Below, one piece after another: positions 47,199-58,453 of a stretch of DNA of 64,000 bases. Both the position numbers and the translations under genes were made by a program. The notes beneath the pieces were generated by a model. That model was not told the DNA's origin, ran no database searches, and was given only the letters and a program-made list of their open reading frames with translations. Position 1 is the stretch's first letter. Each line of letters starts with the position of its first letter. Origin of the DNA: Cyanophyceae cyanobacterium (GTDB lineage Bacteria > Cyanobacteriota > Cyanobacteriia > Cyanobacteriales > Laspinemataceae); the NCBI GenBank assembly GCA_038321985.1, contig JBBQFN010000003.1, forward strand, positions 128,001 through 192,000, read 5' to 3'.

Positions 47199-50100
47199 AT
47201 GATTCCAGGCTATGAAATTCTCCACTTAATTTACGAAAGTCACAACTCGGTTGTTTATCGAGGGTTTCGCTTGGCGGATAACCAGCCGGTTATCCTTAAA
47301 GTTCTCAAACAGGACTATCCGTCACCGGAAGAACTCCGGCGATACCAACAAGAATATGAAATTACCCACCATCTGAAATTAGAGGGAGTGGGAATCTCAC
47401 TTGAATTAAAAACGGTGCAAAATGCCCCGGTGATTATCTTCGAGGATTTTGGGGGGGAATCTCTCTCCCAATGGAAAGGCGATCGCCCGTTAACTTTAGA
47501 GGAATTTCTCAGCATTGGGATTCAAATTACTGAATGTTTAAGCCAGATTCATGCCGCCCATATCATTCATAAAGATATTAACCCGGCTAATATTGTTTTA
47601 AACCCCGAAACCGGACAGCTTAAAATTATTGATTTTGGTATTTCTACTATTTTATCCCGGGAAAATCCTACCCTCAATAATCCCAACGTTTTAGAAGGAA
47701 CTTTACCTTATATTTCTCCGGAACAAACGGGACGGATGAATCGGGCGATCGATTACCGAACAGACTTTTACTCTCTCGGCGTCACTTTTTATGGATTGCT
47801 TGCGGATCGGCTTCCCTTCGAGAGTGATGACCCCTTAGAATGGGTGCATTGTCACATTGCCAAACAGCCGATTCCCTTACCGGAAGTCAATCCCAAAATT
47901 CCCAAAATTTTAGGGGATATCGTCCTCAAACTCATGGCAAAAACTGCGGAGAACCGCTATCAAAGTGCTAGGGGATTAAAAGCCGATTTAGAAGTTTGCT
48001 TGGATCAGTTTAAAACTACCGGAATTATATCAGCGTTTACTCTAGGCAGTCAAGATATTTCTGATAAGTTTCATATTCCTCAAAAACTCTATGGCCGGGA
48101 AGCAGAAATTCAGACCTTAATCACGGCATTCGAGCGCGTTGCCGCTGGGGAAAAAAGTTCCGTGACTCGGGTAACTCGCCCTTACTCACCCCAGCAATTG
48201 TCCCCCAGTCAAATGATGCTGGTTTCCGGCTATTCGGGCATTGGTAAATCTGCCATTGTTCATGAAATTTATAAACCTCTTACTGAAAAAAAAGGATATT
48301 TTATCTCGGGTAAGTTCGACCAATATCAAAGAGATATTCCCTATAGCGCTTTTATTCAAGCCTTTACGGAATTAGTCGAACAATTACTAACGGAAAGTGA
48401 AACTCAACTTCAGGAATGGCGAGATAAAATATTATTCCAATTAGGAGCAAATACCTCGGTGATTATCGAGGCGATCGCCGTGGTGGAATTGATTGTTGGC
48501 AAACAGCCGCCATTACCCTTACTCCCCCCAGCAGAATCTCTAAATCGCTTTCGGTTGGGCTTTCAAAACTTTATTAGAATCTTTAGCAGTCCAGCCCATC
48601 CCCTGGCAATTTTTTTAGATGATTTGCAATGGGCCGATCGCCCTTCCCTAGACCTGATTCAACTGTTGATGAATGGGTCAGAAATGGGATTGTTTTTAAT
48701 AGGGGCATATCGGGATAACGAAGTGACAGCGGCCCATCCCTTAATGCTCACCATCGCCAATATTCGGGAAAGCGGGGCGACGGTTAATGAGATTTTTTTA
48801 ACGCCCCTAGAGTTACCCACAGTCCGTTGTCTGATTGCTGATACCCTCCATTGTTCCAGCGACTGCGCCCAACCCTTAGCGGAACTGGCGATCGCAAAAA
48901 CCGGAGGTAATCCTTTTTTCCTGACTGAATTTTTGAAATCTCTCTATACCGAAGGACTCTTAGAATTTGACTACAATCGAGGCGGTTGGGAGTGGGATTT
49001 AGAACGGATTCAATCCCAGGGATTTAGCGAAAATGTCGTGGAATTGATGGCAAGCAAAATTCAAAAGCTCCCAGAAGAGGCACAAGAGGTTTTGAAACGG
49101 GCCGCTTGTATTGGTAATCAGTTCCCCTTAAAAACTTTAGCCCTAGTTTGTGAAAAATCTCCCCGAAAAACAGCTTCTTTGCTGTATTTGGCCGTATCGG
49201 AAGGGCTGGTATTACCCTTGAGTCCAATGGGGGATTGGGGAGTCGGGGTTGAAGAGTCAGAACAACCCGCTACCCCCTCATCAGTTCAAAGGTTTGGAAA
49301 ACTTAACCTCCGAAAGTTACGGGGAGAATATAAATTTGTTCATGATCGCATTCAGCAAGCCGCCTATAGTTTAATTCCTGATGCCGACCAAGATGCCATT
49401 CATCAACAAGTCGGTTACTTGTTGCTGAACAATACAGCCCCCCAGGAACGGGAAGAAAAAATATTCGAGATTGTAAACGCTTTAAATAAAGGGCGACTGC
49501 TTATTTTGGAACCGTCCCAACGGGAGGAACTGGCCCGCTTAAATCTACTAGCCGGTCAAAAAGCGAAGGCATCAGCCGCCTATCAACCGGCTTTCAAGTA
49601 TTTACAAACCGGATTAGAACTATTAGAGAAATCTCGGTGGCAGACTCAGTATGAACTGACCATTTCCCTGTATGTAGAAGCGGCAGAAGCCGCTTATCTG
49701 TGCGGGGAATTGATGCCAATGCAGCACTGGGTAAATGAGGTCCTCAACCGAGCTCAAACCCTGATGGATAAAGTCAAGGTTTATGAAATAAAAATTCAAG
49801 CGGGTAAATCCCAGAATCAATCCATTGAAGCCATTGCGACCGCTTTAGAGGTCCTGAAATTATTGGGAATAAAGTTTCCCAAAAAGCCCAATAAATTTCA
49901 TGCCTTGCAGGCCCTTATTTACTCCAAATTGCTATTTAAGGGAAAACAGCCCCGGGATTTGCTAGACCTGCCACCCATGAGCGATCGCAATATCCAAGCA
50001 GCTATGCGAATTTTATCCAGTATAGCAGCAGCTGCGTATATTGCCTTTCCGGATCTTTCCCCTCTCTTGGGATTTAAACAGTTTGAGCTATCGGTTAAAT

Positions 50101-53054
50101 ATGGGAACACCTCGGAATCTCCCCACGCTTATGCTATTTACGGGACATTCTTGGGCGTCCTCCTCACCGATTTTGAAATTAGCCATCAATTGGGTGAAGT
50201 AGCACTTCATCTATTGCAGCAATTAAATGATAAAAAAAATAAAGCCAAGACGATTTACATTGTCAATTGCTTTTTAATGCACTGCAAGCTCCATATCCGG
50301 GAAACCTTAAAACCCTTACTTGATACCTACGCGATTGGGCTGGAAACTGGAGATTTACAATATGGACCTTATGGTATTTATGTCTATTCCATCCACTCCT
50401 ACTTTATCGGAAAAGAACTGACTGAATTGGAACGAGAGATGGCAGTTTATAGCGCCGAGTTATTTAAGCTCAAGCAAGAAACCCCCTTACAAAAAATTGA
50501 ACTGTATCGGCAAGTTGTTTTAAATTTAATGGGAAACTCTGAAAATCCATCGGTATTAAAAGGGGAAGCCTATGATGAAAAAACCATGCTGCCCATTCAT
50601 CAAAAAGCTAATGATATTAATTGTTTGGGTTATCTGTATTTAAATAAATTAATTTTAGCTTATCTGTTCGACCAAAGCGATTGTCTCCTGGAATGGTCGG
50701 AACTAACTCAACAGTATTTATCTGGGGTCCGAGGCATGATTCTCGTGCCGATTTTCTATTTTTATGATTCATTAATTCAGTTAGCACAGCTAGGGGACTG
50801 CCTTTCTTCCAGTACAAGCAGCGACCGGGTTAAAACCAAGCAAATTTTAAAAAAAGTCACCACTAATCAAAAGAAACTCCAGAAAATTGCCGGCACTGCT
50901 CCCATGAATTATCGGCACAAATTTGACTTAGTAGAAGCTGAACGGTATCGAATCTTGGGAGAAGAACTTAAAGCAATAAACGCCTATGAAATTGCCATTG
51001 CTGGGGCCAAAGAACAGGACTATACCAATGAAGTAGCGCTCGCTTATGAACTAGCCGGCAAATTTTATCTAGCCAACCGGAGAGAATTAACGGCTAAAGC
51101 CTATTTACAAGAGTCCCGATATTGGTATCTGCGATGGGGGGCAACTCGCAAAGTTAAACAATTAGATGAAACCTATCCTCAGTTACTTCGGTCTCATCAC
51201 CCCGTTGCAGTGGATTCTCAAAAGACGATTTCCAGTACCGGAAAAAGTTCGGGACATTTGCTAGACCTAGCCACTATTTTAAAAGCAACTAATGCCCTGG
51301 CCGGAGAAATTCTGCTCGATAACCTACTGGTTAAATTGATGAATGTCATTTTAGAAAATACCGGGGCGGAAAAAGGTTGTTTAGTTTTGAAAAATAAAGA
51401 AGAATTGCGGGTGGAAGCCTCGGGAGGCGTAGCCAGTGAACATATTACGGTCTTGCAATCCGTTCCCCTCGATCGCAGCCCGGATCTATCCTCTATGATT
51501 GTCAATTATGTAGCCCGGACTAAAGAGAGTGTCGTCTTAAATGATGCCACCCATGAAGGCAAATTTACGAATGATCCTTATATAGAAAAGACTCAACCGA
51601 AATCAATTTTATGCGTTCCTCTCATCGATCGCGGTCAATTGATCGGGATTGCTTATTTAGAAAATAATCTCGCCACCGATGCCTTTACTGCCGCCCGAGT
51701 AGAAGTTGTCAAACTACTCTCGGCACAAGCCGCCATTTCAATTGAAAATGCTAAATTATATGTTGAAGTCCGCGCCAGTGAAAGCCGGTTAACTCAATTT
51801 TTAGAAGCAATGCCCGTCGGAGTCGGTGCAGTTGATACCCAGGGTCAACCCCAATATGTGAACCGCATGGCCCAGGAATTACTGGGTCAAGGCGTTGCAC
51901 CAAATGCCACTGCAGACGAAATCTCCGAAGTTTATCAATTGTATCGCGCCGGAACCCAGGAAATTTACCCTTCGGAGGAATTATCGGTGGTTCGGGCATT
52001 GCATGGGGAAAAAACCCACCTTGATGATATGGAAATCCATCAAGGAGAGAAGATTATCCCCATTGAAAGTCGCGGAACTCCCATTTATGATGAAAAGGGA
52101 AATATTCTCTATGCGATCGTCGCCTTTCAAGATATTACTGATCGCAAAACCGCTGAACGGGAACGGGAACGCCTACTAGCAGACTTGTCTCAACTGAATG
52201 CTGAATTAAAAAAAGCGCTGTTAGCCGAAGAAGCCTTAACCGAAGCAGCCCAACGATTTGTACCCAATCAGTTCCTCTCGTTTCTCGGATATGATAGCCT
52301 TGTAGATGTCAAAGTCGGGGATGCAGTTCAAAAAGAAATGTCCATTTTATTTACGGATATTCGCGACTTTACCACCCTATCCGAAACCTTGACCCCCGAA
52401 CAAAATTTTAAATTTATTAACTCCTATCTCTCTCGGATGGAACCGGCGATTTTGGAGAATCAAGGGTTTATTGATAAGTTTATTGGCGATGCAATTATGG
52501 CTTTATTTGGGGGGGATGCAGATGATGCCGTAAAAGCCGGTTTGTCTATGTTAGAACGCCTGGAAGAATATAATCAACATCGCCAGACTTCCGGCTATCT
52601 TCCGATTCAAATTGGAGTAGGAATTAATACGGGAGATTTGATGTTGGGGACGGTGGGTGGAAAAAATCGGATGAATGGTACGGTAATTAGCGATGCGGTG
52701 AATTTAGCCTCTCGGGTAGAAAGTTTGACGAAAAATTATGGGGTATCATTGTTAATTACTCACCATACTTTTTTACGCTTAAAAAATCCGTCTCATTATG
52801 CCATTCGCACGATCGCCCGGGTTCAAGTTAAGGGAAAATCGGAATTGGTAACGGTGTATGAGGTGTTCGATACTGACCCGCCCGAGGTAAAAGCCGGTAA
52901 ATTTTCCACCCTAGAACTCTTTTCGGAAGCGCGATCGTTCTATGAATTTGAGCGTTGGGCAGAAGCAGCCGCTAAGTTTCAAGCCTGTCTACATCAAAAT
53001 CCGGGCGATAAAGTGGCTAATATTTATTTGAAAAAATGTCAACAATTCCTCTAA
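47199..53054 (+). CDS. Ser/Thr kinase-AAA ATPase-GAF-PAS-class III adenylate/guanylate cyclase
   Basis: 'HKDINPAN', 'DFG', 'GYSGIGKS', GAF, PAS, 'FTDIRDFT...KFIGDAIM...DAVNLASRVE'. Confidence 0.92.
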   Translation: MIPGYEILHLIYESHNSVVYRGFRLADNQPVILKVLKQDYPSPEELRRYQQEYEITHHLKLEGVGISLELKTVQNAPVIIFEDFGGESLSQWKGDRPLTLEEFLSIGIQITECLSQIHAAHIIHKDINPANIVLNPETGQLKIIDFGISTILSRENPTLNNPNVLEGTLPYISPEQTGRMNRAIDYRTDFYSLGVTFYGLLADRLPFESDDPLEWVHCHIAKQPIPLPEVNPKIPKILGDIVLKLMAKTAENRYQSARGLKADLEVCLDQFKTTGIISAFTLGSQDISDKFHIPQKLYGREAEIQTLITAFERVAAGEKSSVTRVTRPYSPQQLSPSQMMLVSGYSGIGKSAIVHEIYKPLTEKKGYFISGKFDQYQRDIPYSAFIQAFTELVEQLLTESETQLQEWRDKILFQLGANTSVIIEAIAVVELIVGKQPPLPLLPPAESLNRFRLGFQNFIRIFSSPAHPLAIFLDDLQWADRPSLDLIQLLMNGSEMGLFLIGAYRDNEVTAAHPLMLTIANIRESGATVNEIFLTPLELPTVRCLIADTLHCSSDCAQPLAELAIAKTGGNPFFLTEFLKSLYTEGLLEFDYNRGGWEWDLERIQSQGFSENVVELMASKIQKLPEEAQEVLKRAACIGNQFPLKTLALVCEKSPRKTASLLYLAVSEGLVLPLSPMGDWGVGVEESEQPATPSSVQRFGKLNLRKLRGEYKFVHDRIQQAAYSLIPDADQDAIHQQVGYLLLNNTAPQEREEKIFEIVNALNKGRLLILEPSQREELARLNLLAGQKAKASAAYQPAFKYLQTGLELLEKSRWQTQYELTISLYVEAAEAAYLCGELMPMQHWVNEVLNRAQTLMDKVKVYEIKIQAGKSQNQSIEAIATALEVLKLLGIKFPKKPNKFHALQALIYSKLLFKGKQPRDLLDLPPMSDRNIQAAMRILSSIAAAAYIAFPDLSPLLGFKQFELSVKYGNTSESPHAYAIYGTFLGVLLTDFEISHQLGEVALHLLQQLNDKKNKAKTIYIVNCFLMHCKLHIRETLKPLLDTYAIGLETGDLQYGPYGIYVYSIHSYFIGKELTELEREMAVYSAELFKLKQETPLQKIELYRQVVLNLMGNSENPSVLKGEAYDEKTMLPIHQKANDINCLGYLYLNKLILAYLFDQSDCLLEWSELTQQYLSGVRGMILVPIFYFYDSLIQLAQLGDCLSSSTSSDRVKTKQILKKVTTNQKKLQKIAGTAPMNYRHKFDLVEAERYRILGEELKAINAYEIAIAGAKEQDYTNEVALAYELAGKFYLANRRELTAKAYLQESRYWYLRWGATRKVKQLDETYPQLLRSHHPVAVDSQKTISSTGKSSGHLLDLATILKATNALAGEILLDNLLVKLMNVILENTGAEKGCLVLKNKEELRVEASGGVASEHITVLQSVPLDRSPDLSSMIVNYVARTKESVVLNDATHEGKFTNDPYIEKTQPKSILCVPLIDRGQLIGIAYLENNLATDAFTAARVEVVKLLSAQAAISIENAKLYVEVRASESRLTQFLEAMPVGVGAVDTQGQPQYVNRMAQELLGQGVAPNATADEISEVYQLYRAGTQEIYPSEELSVVRALHGEKTHLDDMEIHQGEKIIPIESRGTPIYDEKGNILYAIVAFQDITDRKTAERERERLLADLSQLNAELKKALLAEEALTEAAQRFVPNQFLSFLGYDSLVDVKVGDAVQKEMSILFTDIRDFTTLSETLTPEQNFKFINSYLSRMEPAILENQGFIDKFIGDAIMALFGGDADDAVKAGLSMLERLEEYNQHRQTSGYLPIQIGVGINTGDLMLGTVGGKNRMNGTVISDAVNLASRVESLTKNYGVSLLITHHTFLRLKNPSHYAIRTIARVQVKGKSELVTVYEVFDTDPPEVKAGKFSTLELFSEARSFYEFERWAEAAAKFQACLHQNPGDKVANIYLKKCQQFL

Positions 53055-53095
53055 AATTCGGTTAAGTGACCCGGAGTTTCCGTAGGCGCTAGTCC

Positions 53096-53137
53096 ATTAA
53101 AAAAGACACCTCATTTTAAATGAGATGTCTTTTTAAT
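53096..53137. terminator. Bidirectional terminator
   Basis: AAAAAGACACCTCATT-tta-AATGAGATGTCTTTTT between the cyclase gene and the tRNA. Confidence 0.75.
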
Positions 53138-53157
53138 CCTGCCGCACTGCGGTATAA

Positions 53158-53230
53158 TACCCCCAGGGGAATTCGAATCCCCGTCGCCTCCGTGAAAGGG
53201 AGGTGTCCTAGGCCTCTAGACGATGGGGGC
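53158..53230 (-). tRNA. trnE: tRNA-Glu(TTC)
   Basis: GCCCCCATCGTCTAGAGGCCTAGGACACCTCCCTTTCACGGAGGCGACGGGGATTCGAATTCCCCTGGGGGTA; cloverleaf, CCA not encoded. Confidence 0.97.
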
Positions 53231-53490
53231 AGGTAGTTCGTGCTTTTTTGAGGTGGTCTTTGCGTTTTTTCGCTTGCCCTCAGCACCTTTTATATATTAA
53301 CCAGGTTGCCTAGGATTGTCAAGCCCTTTTTTTAAAAAATTTTAGAGGTTTTAGAAAAATGGCTAAAAAGTCTTGGCGGACAAGGGTTTGAGCGGTTATT
53401 TTTGATTTAGCCCTGCCTCAGCTATCAAGGGGGGCTAAATAACAGGATGGGACGAGATGAATATCCAATCGGGGGGAATCCGAGTTGGGG

Positions 53491-54534
53491 TTATTCCTGG
53501 AGGCAGTACCGTTGGAGAATGCGAATGCAGTTGGCGATCGCCCCGAGATGGGCAATCTCATAGCCGTGGGTATTCTGAGTAGGAAAGCCCAAACAGGCAG
53601 CCCGGGCGACATGGCCGAATTTCATGGCGATCGACCCATCACTACCAAACCCACTAATCGTCGCCAGTTGCAACGAGATCGCCCCCTCTGTTGCTGCCTG
53701 TCGAATCTCCCGATTCAAGCCTTCATCATAAATCCCATACCCATCCTGAGACAGCAACACCGGCACCTCCCCCTCGGCAATCGGATATTCCGGGGCCACA
53801 GGACAAATTTCTAAAGCAATTAAGGCATCTAACCGTTGTCGGTTGGTAAAATACAAGGCCCCCACTGCCCCGACTTCTTCCTTGGCTGAGGCTACCCAAT
53901 AAATATCTGCGGGGGGATTCTTCACGGTTTCCGCTAGGGCCAACAAAACTGCCACGGATGCTTTATTGTCCAGGGTGTAACTGGCGATATAATCCCCCAT
54001 CCGAAAGGGTTTCTTGCGATGTTTGCCGACTACCATCCGGGTTCCTGGGCGCACTCCTGCCTCCGCTAATACCTCGGCAGTGCATTTGGTTTCCACCCAG
54101 GCATCTTCCCACTGCAAGGGGGTATCTTTCTGAAATGCCTGCTGCGGTGATTCGTGAGAGATGTGACGGGATCCAAAGCTAAGGATGCCACTAACAACCT
54201 GGCGATCGCCCAAAAAATCCACGACTCCCTCCCCATAGATCCAGGGAAACGAACCGCCCAATTTGCGGACTTGCACTCGTCCATTGGGTTCTACGGTTTT
54301 AACGACCGCCCCGATTTCATCTTTATGCCCAGTAATCGCAATCGACGGACCCCCCGGGCGTCCCGGAGTTTTGGCAATCACATTTCCTGCCGCATCCTGC
54401 CACACCTCTACGCCAATGTCCTGAAATCGATTCAATAACCAGCGATCGATTTCCCCCTCATCCCCACTGGGCGAATGATGCAACACTAACGTTTCAATCG
54501 TCTCAAATAAGCGATCGTAATCTAACGGTGACAT
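53491..54534 (-). CDS. M42 family metallopeptidase
   Basis: 'HSPSGDE', 'GHKDEIG', 'LDNK', 'KEEVG', 'NTHGYE'. Confidence 0.9.
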   Translation of the reverse strand: MSPLDYDRLFETIETLVLHHSPSGDEGEIDRWLLNRFQDIGVEVWQDAAGNVIAKTPGRPGGPSIAITGHKDEIGAVVKTVEPNGRVQVRKLGGSFPWIYGEGVVDFLGDRQVVSGILSFGSRHISHESPQQAFQKDTPLQWEDAWVETKCTAEVLAEAGVRPGTRMVVGKHRKKPFRMGDYIASYTLDNKASVAVLLALAETVKNPPADIYWVASAKEEVGAVGALYFTNRQRLDALIALEICPVAPEYPIAEGEVPVLLSQDGYGIYDEGLNREIRQAATEGAISLQLATISGFGSDGSIAMKFGHVARAACLGFPTQNTHGYEIAHLGAIANCIRILQRYCLQE

Positions 54535-54622
54535 TTTTATTTATTTTCCTCGATTCCCTGTTCTATTTTCTTCTATTTTCCGATAGGAAAAGCTAACGGA
54601 CCGTAGAAGTTTTTTTTAAAAT

Positions 54623-55201
54623 TTAGGGCAGATTGGGATTAAGATCAGCCCCAGCATAACCTGTAAATAGCCAGAGAATTGAGCGCAAGCAATCTCGGAG
54701 AATTCGCCAGGAGGACTCGGCAGGAAATCCAGGAGAAGGGACTGCAATCGGGGTGATGATGATCCCGCGACTGCCAAAAATAAAAATAGCGATCGCCCGC
54801 GATCGGCGGATATGATAATCCGAGGTGATTAAATAAACATGACGCAGACCTTGGGATACCAACTCCTCACGCATATAGGTAAAATTGGTCACCGTATCGG
54901 TGGATTGCACTTCCAAATGGAGTTGAGATTCTGGTACTCCCGCTTCCTGGAAAATGCGACGATAGCCCGGATTATCCACCTCGAATCCCGACAGCCAGAT
55001 ATCTAGACTGGAATGCTGCTGCCAAAATTCTGCTGCAAACGGCATCCGCTTGGCGTCTCCCCCGAGAACCACAATTGCCTGGGGAATTGGGGCTAAAATG
55101 CGGGCGATCGCAATTTGTAGGGGAATCCATCCCACTAGGATCACCAGTGCTAGGGTCAGGAGTAACCCCCCTACATTTTTATGGAGTAAGTGCTGTCTCA
55201 C
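54623..55201 (-). CDS. YdcF/DUF218 (ElyC/SanA-like) protein
   Basis: 'AIVVLGG', 'STDTVTNF', 'LITSDYHIRR'. Confidence 0.88.
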   Translation of the reverse strand: MRQHLLHKNVGGLLLTLALVILVGWIPLQIAIARILAPIPQAIVVLGGDAKRMPFAAEFWQQHSSLDIWLSGFEVDNPGYRRIFQEAGVPESQLHLEVQSTDTVTNFTYMREELVSQGLRHVYLITSDYHIRRSRAIAIFIFGSRGIIITPIAVPSPGFPAESSWRILRDCLRSILWLFTGYAGADLNPNLP

Positions 55202-55842
55202 TTCGAGTCTGAACTCTTTACAAATGGCTGGGTTGAAGGGCGATCGCCTTGCCCCGACCCTTGGAGGTTTTCAGGCTTTTGATAGAGGGTACAAAAGACT
55301 CGATCTAGGACAGGCATAAGGATAGAAAAATTCAGATCCGGTCTGACGTGATGAAGGAAATGATGTTTTTGCAGCGATCGCAATAAGGGATTTTTAAACC
55401 GCACATGATGGATGCAGTGGTGAACGAAACAGTAAGCAATATAGAATAGCCAAAAAAATGCCATAAAAAGTCCAAGTTGAGCCGGTTCGCACACCAACGC
55501 CAGGGTGTGGAAAATCCCTAAAATCACCAGAGTCGTGAGATACCAAGGTATCCCTAACAAAGATTTTGGGTTTTCGTGATGCAGATTGTGACCAATTCCC
55601 ACAAGCGCCAGGTTGTGATAAATATAGCGATGGGTCAAATATTCCACTCCACACCAAATCAGATAGCCAGCGATCGCAAATAGTACCCATTGTGGTAACG
55701 GAACCAGCACTTGTCTTTCTGCTACTGCATGGCTACCAAACCAGACCACCAGGCTGAGATTCACGACATATCCAAACCAATAATTAAATCGCGACGACAA
55801 GAGTTGATGGAGAAAATCAGTCCTGCTGGCTGTTGTATTCAT
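55198..55842 (-). CDS. Sterol desaturase / fatty-acid hydroxylase family protein
   Basis: His boxes 'HRYIYH', 'HNLHH', 'HHCIH', 'HHFLHH'. Confidence 0.88.
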   Translation of the reverse strand: MNTTASRTDFLHQLLSSRFNYWFGYVVNLSLVVWFGSHAVAERQVLVPLPQWVLFAIAGYLIWCGVEYLTHRYIYHNLALVGIGHNLHHENPKSLLGIPWYLTTLVILGIFHTLALVCEPAQLGLFMAFFWLFYIAYCFVHHCIHHVRFKNPLLRSLQKHHFLHHVRPDLNFSILMPVLDRVFCTLYQKPENLQGSGQGDRPSTQPFVKSSDSK

Positions 55843-55981
55843 CTAAAGTCCCTACCTCCAGGGAGTACGCAGTTTTTAGGAAATGATATCTTACTCAGTC
55901 ACCCAAAACAGAGAGTTTCCCCTATAACCGTTTTTGACCCCACGGAATCGCCCCTTGAATCACTCCCCGGGGCGATCGCCC

Positions 55982-57340
55982 TTACGGGGTCACCGGACTG
56001 GGATTTGCCATTGCATCCGGAACCGTTAGCCCTTCCCCTTGGGACCCAAAAAACCACAAGGCAGCAGCAGCTTCTGCCCGCGTCACTTCTTTTTTGGGTT
56101 GAAACAGGGTAGTATAACCAAAAGCACGGCGAATATTTGACCGTTCCCCATTCTGATAATCGGCATACACCGCCCGCAACGCATTCGGGTCAATTTTCCC
56201 CGCATCTTGGAAGCCCCAAGTTTCTTTGATTGCATCTACTGATGCGCTAGGTAAATTGCTGCGGATATCTAACGGTACTTTCCACAACAGCAGTTGTTCT
56301 CGGATGACGGGTGCATCGGGGCGAAAGGTAGTGGCGTTACTATCCCCACCTAATGAACTGGGAATAATGCCGGCTTCGGCTAATCCTTGAATCACGGCGA
56401 AATCGGGATGGTTCGTACTCACATCGGAAAAGGCCGGTTTAGCCGTAGCGGCTGCCAATCGGACCTGTTTTCCCGGTTGGTTGGCATAGATTTTATTATT
56501 CACTTCCAACAACCATCGGGCAAATTGTTTCCGACTAATCCCTTGGTTGAAATCTACCGGGGATTCCGTAGCATTCGCGTTGCCATTTCCCGAGGGTTTA
56601 GCAATCTCAATTCCCATTTTTTCCAAGTCTACGAGATAGGGTCGCAACTGTTCGGGAACCGAATCAAGTTCCGCCCGGTTGGCGGATGCAGTCGATGTTT
56701 CCGGGGTCGTTTGAGAGGTGGGAGTTGCGGCTTCAAGGACGATCGTATCTGGGAGTGGAGACGCGGGGGTTTTGTCCGTCGTTTCTGCCGAATTAGAGCG
56801 AACATAACCCACCACAAATTCAACCATTTCCGGGAGATTTTCCCCGGTTACAACTTGCGGTTCTACGGCAATATTCACCACTAAATCCAGCCCTCGACGC
56901 GCCATCAAACTAGGGGGTGTTTCCCCTTGAGTTACTGGGGGCAAAATTTGCCAATCCGGCTGCTTAAATTGTTCTTCGTAAAACTTTAGAACTTGTTCCG
57001 TCCTGTCTGAAGTTTGCCAGAGGGTTTTCACCCCAGGATCAGCCGCTGCGGATCCGGCTGTCTCATTGGGTGCGATCGTACGGATCAACTCGGCATTTGG
57101 ATACAGCGGAATTGTCTGAGGGAAATCCTCCGGGAGTGCGGTAGAGAACGCCTCGGACTCAGATGAGGGACTTGGAGGTGCGGGAGGTTCCACAAGAATC
57201 ACCCCATTCTCTTCTAGCTGGGGATCCGCCGCAAAATTTCGCTCTAAAGTTTGACTATTCGGACTGTTAGCACAGGCACTCAAGCCGACTATCAGAGCGA
57301 TCGCCGCAAGGGATACAGATACAGGTTTAAACAACAGCAC
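55982..57340 (-). CDS. S-layer homology (SLH) domain lipoprotein
   Basis: Lipobox 'LSAC'; 'FSDV...IQGLAEAGII', 'FQPKKEVTRAEAAA'. Confidence 0.85.
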   Translation of the reverse strand: MLLFKPVSVSLAAIALIVGLSACANSPNSQTLERNFAADPQLEENGVILVEPPAPPSPSSESEAFSTALPEDFPQTIPLYPNAELIRTIAPNETAGSAAADPGVKTLWQTSDRTEQVLKFYEEQFKQPDWQILPPVTQGETPPSLMARRGLDLVVNIAVEPQVVTGENLPEMVEFVVGYVRSNSAETTDKTPASPLPDTIVLEAATPTSQTTPETSTASANRAELDSVPEQLRPYLVDLEKMGIEIAKPSGNGNANATESPVDFNQGISRKQFARWLLEVNNKIYANQPGKQVRLAAATAKPAFSDVSTNHPDFAVIQGLAEAGIIPSSLGGDSNATTFRPDAPVIREQLLLWKVPLDIRSNLPSASVDAIKETWGFQDAGKIDPNALRAVYADYQNGERSNIRRAFGYTTLFQPKKEVTRAEAAAALWFFGSQGEGLTVPDAMANPSPVTP

Positions 57341-57448
57341 GATTCAATAGAAGAAACAATATACGCTATTTCTACGCTAACGTAGTTTCGCAAAATTGAT
57401 GGAATTTCACTGCCTTTCATTTTCCAGGAAGGAGTTAGGGCATGACCC

Positions 57449-58315
57449 CTAAAGTCTGAGGGTCAGCTGTCGGAGAATGGCAAAACTTAGCAGTCTACCT
57501 GGAACACTCGACTTTTTCAGCACCTCCAACCGGATAAAGCGTCCTGTTACCAGACGTCCGATGCCTTTGAGACGTGCCTGGAGTCGGACTTTCCATAACT
57601 TGAAACTCTCCTTTTGTTCTGGGGAGGCATACATCGGTGAAAAGGCCAGTTTTCCATAAAGAACATCAGCGCGATGGCTGCTACTGAGTTGATTTTGACG
57701 GTGTTCGGGATTCGGACGTCCACCATGTTCTCCATAGTTACGAAAAGGAAGGTAATTTTTTAATTTTTTTTGCCGCAAAAAAGAATCAATTTCTGAATCC
57801 CAAGCTGAGTAATTAGTAGGTCCAATTTTATTTTTTATGCCCTCCGCAAGGGCTATCAAAAATTGCGCGCTATGAGCTGTAATTATATAGGCAACCATTG
57901 AGGTAGAAAATCCCTCCGCATAGCCTTCGGGGGAAACACTATAAATTTGGGGGGCGCAGGTATAAAGCCAGGTAATTCCCATATCTGTGCGATCGCCGGG
58001 ATAAGGTAAAGGCAGTTGTCCAAATCCCCGCACAGGTACAAAATCCGCTTCTATAATTAAAGTGGGTTTCGCTTCACTCAGGGCTGTTTCCCAGGCGGAT
58101 CGATGGTTAAGCATACAGCGATAACTGGGTGAAAAACCCTGCATTGCTGGATTTTCTAACTGTCGCACCACTTCCGGGGTGAAGCCTTCCGCCAACAAAG
58201 TCTTCTCCAGCAAATCCGTCGGTTCTTTGTACGCAATAATCAACACCTTGCCAATGCGATCGCCCAGTCGATTGGGACTGGGCGGCTGTTCCGTAGCCTC
58301 ATCGATTGCCGTCAT
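57449..58315 (-). CDS. GT25-like glycosyltransferase
   Basis: 'CMLNHRSAW', 'LIIEADF', 'STSMVAYII'. Confidence 0.7.
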   Translation of the reverse strand: MTAIDEATEQPPSPNRLGDRIGKVLIIAYKEPTDLLEKTLLAEGFTPEVVRQLENPAMQGFSPSYRCMLNHRSAWETALSEAKPTLIIEADFVPVRGFGQLPLPYPGDRTDMGITWLYTCAPQIYSVSPEGYAEGFSTSMVAYIITAHSAQFLIALAEGIKNKIGPTNYSAWDSEIDSFLRQKKLKNYLPFRNYGEHGGRPNPEHRQNQLSSSHRADVLYGKLAFSPMYASPEQKESFKLWKVRLQARLKGIGRLVTGRFIRLEVLKKSSVPGRLLSFAILRQLTLRL

Positions 58316-58453
58316 TGCTTCTGCCCATAAGTTGATAATTATAGTTTACCCCGGAACACAGATAACCCGACCTGGCCCGAATTTCGGACAAAATTTTCCC
58401 AAAATTTAGGGATAATTCCGCGTTTTGCGAGTAGAATTCTGGGTGAGACAGAA

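Noticed and set aside
53060..53400. tRNA-Glu as an integration site
   Set aside because: No integrase and no duplicated tRNA 3' end seen in the window
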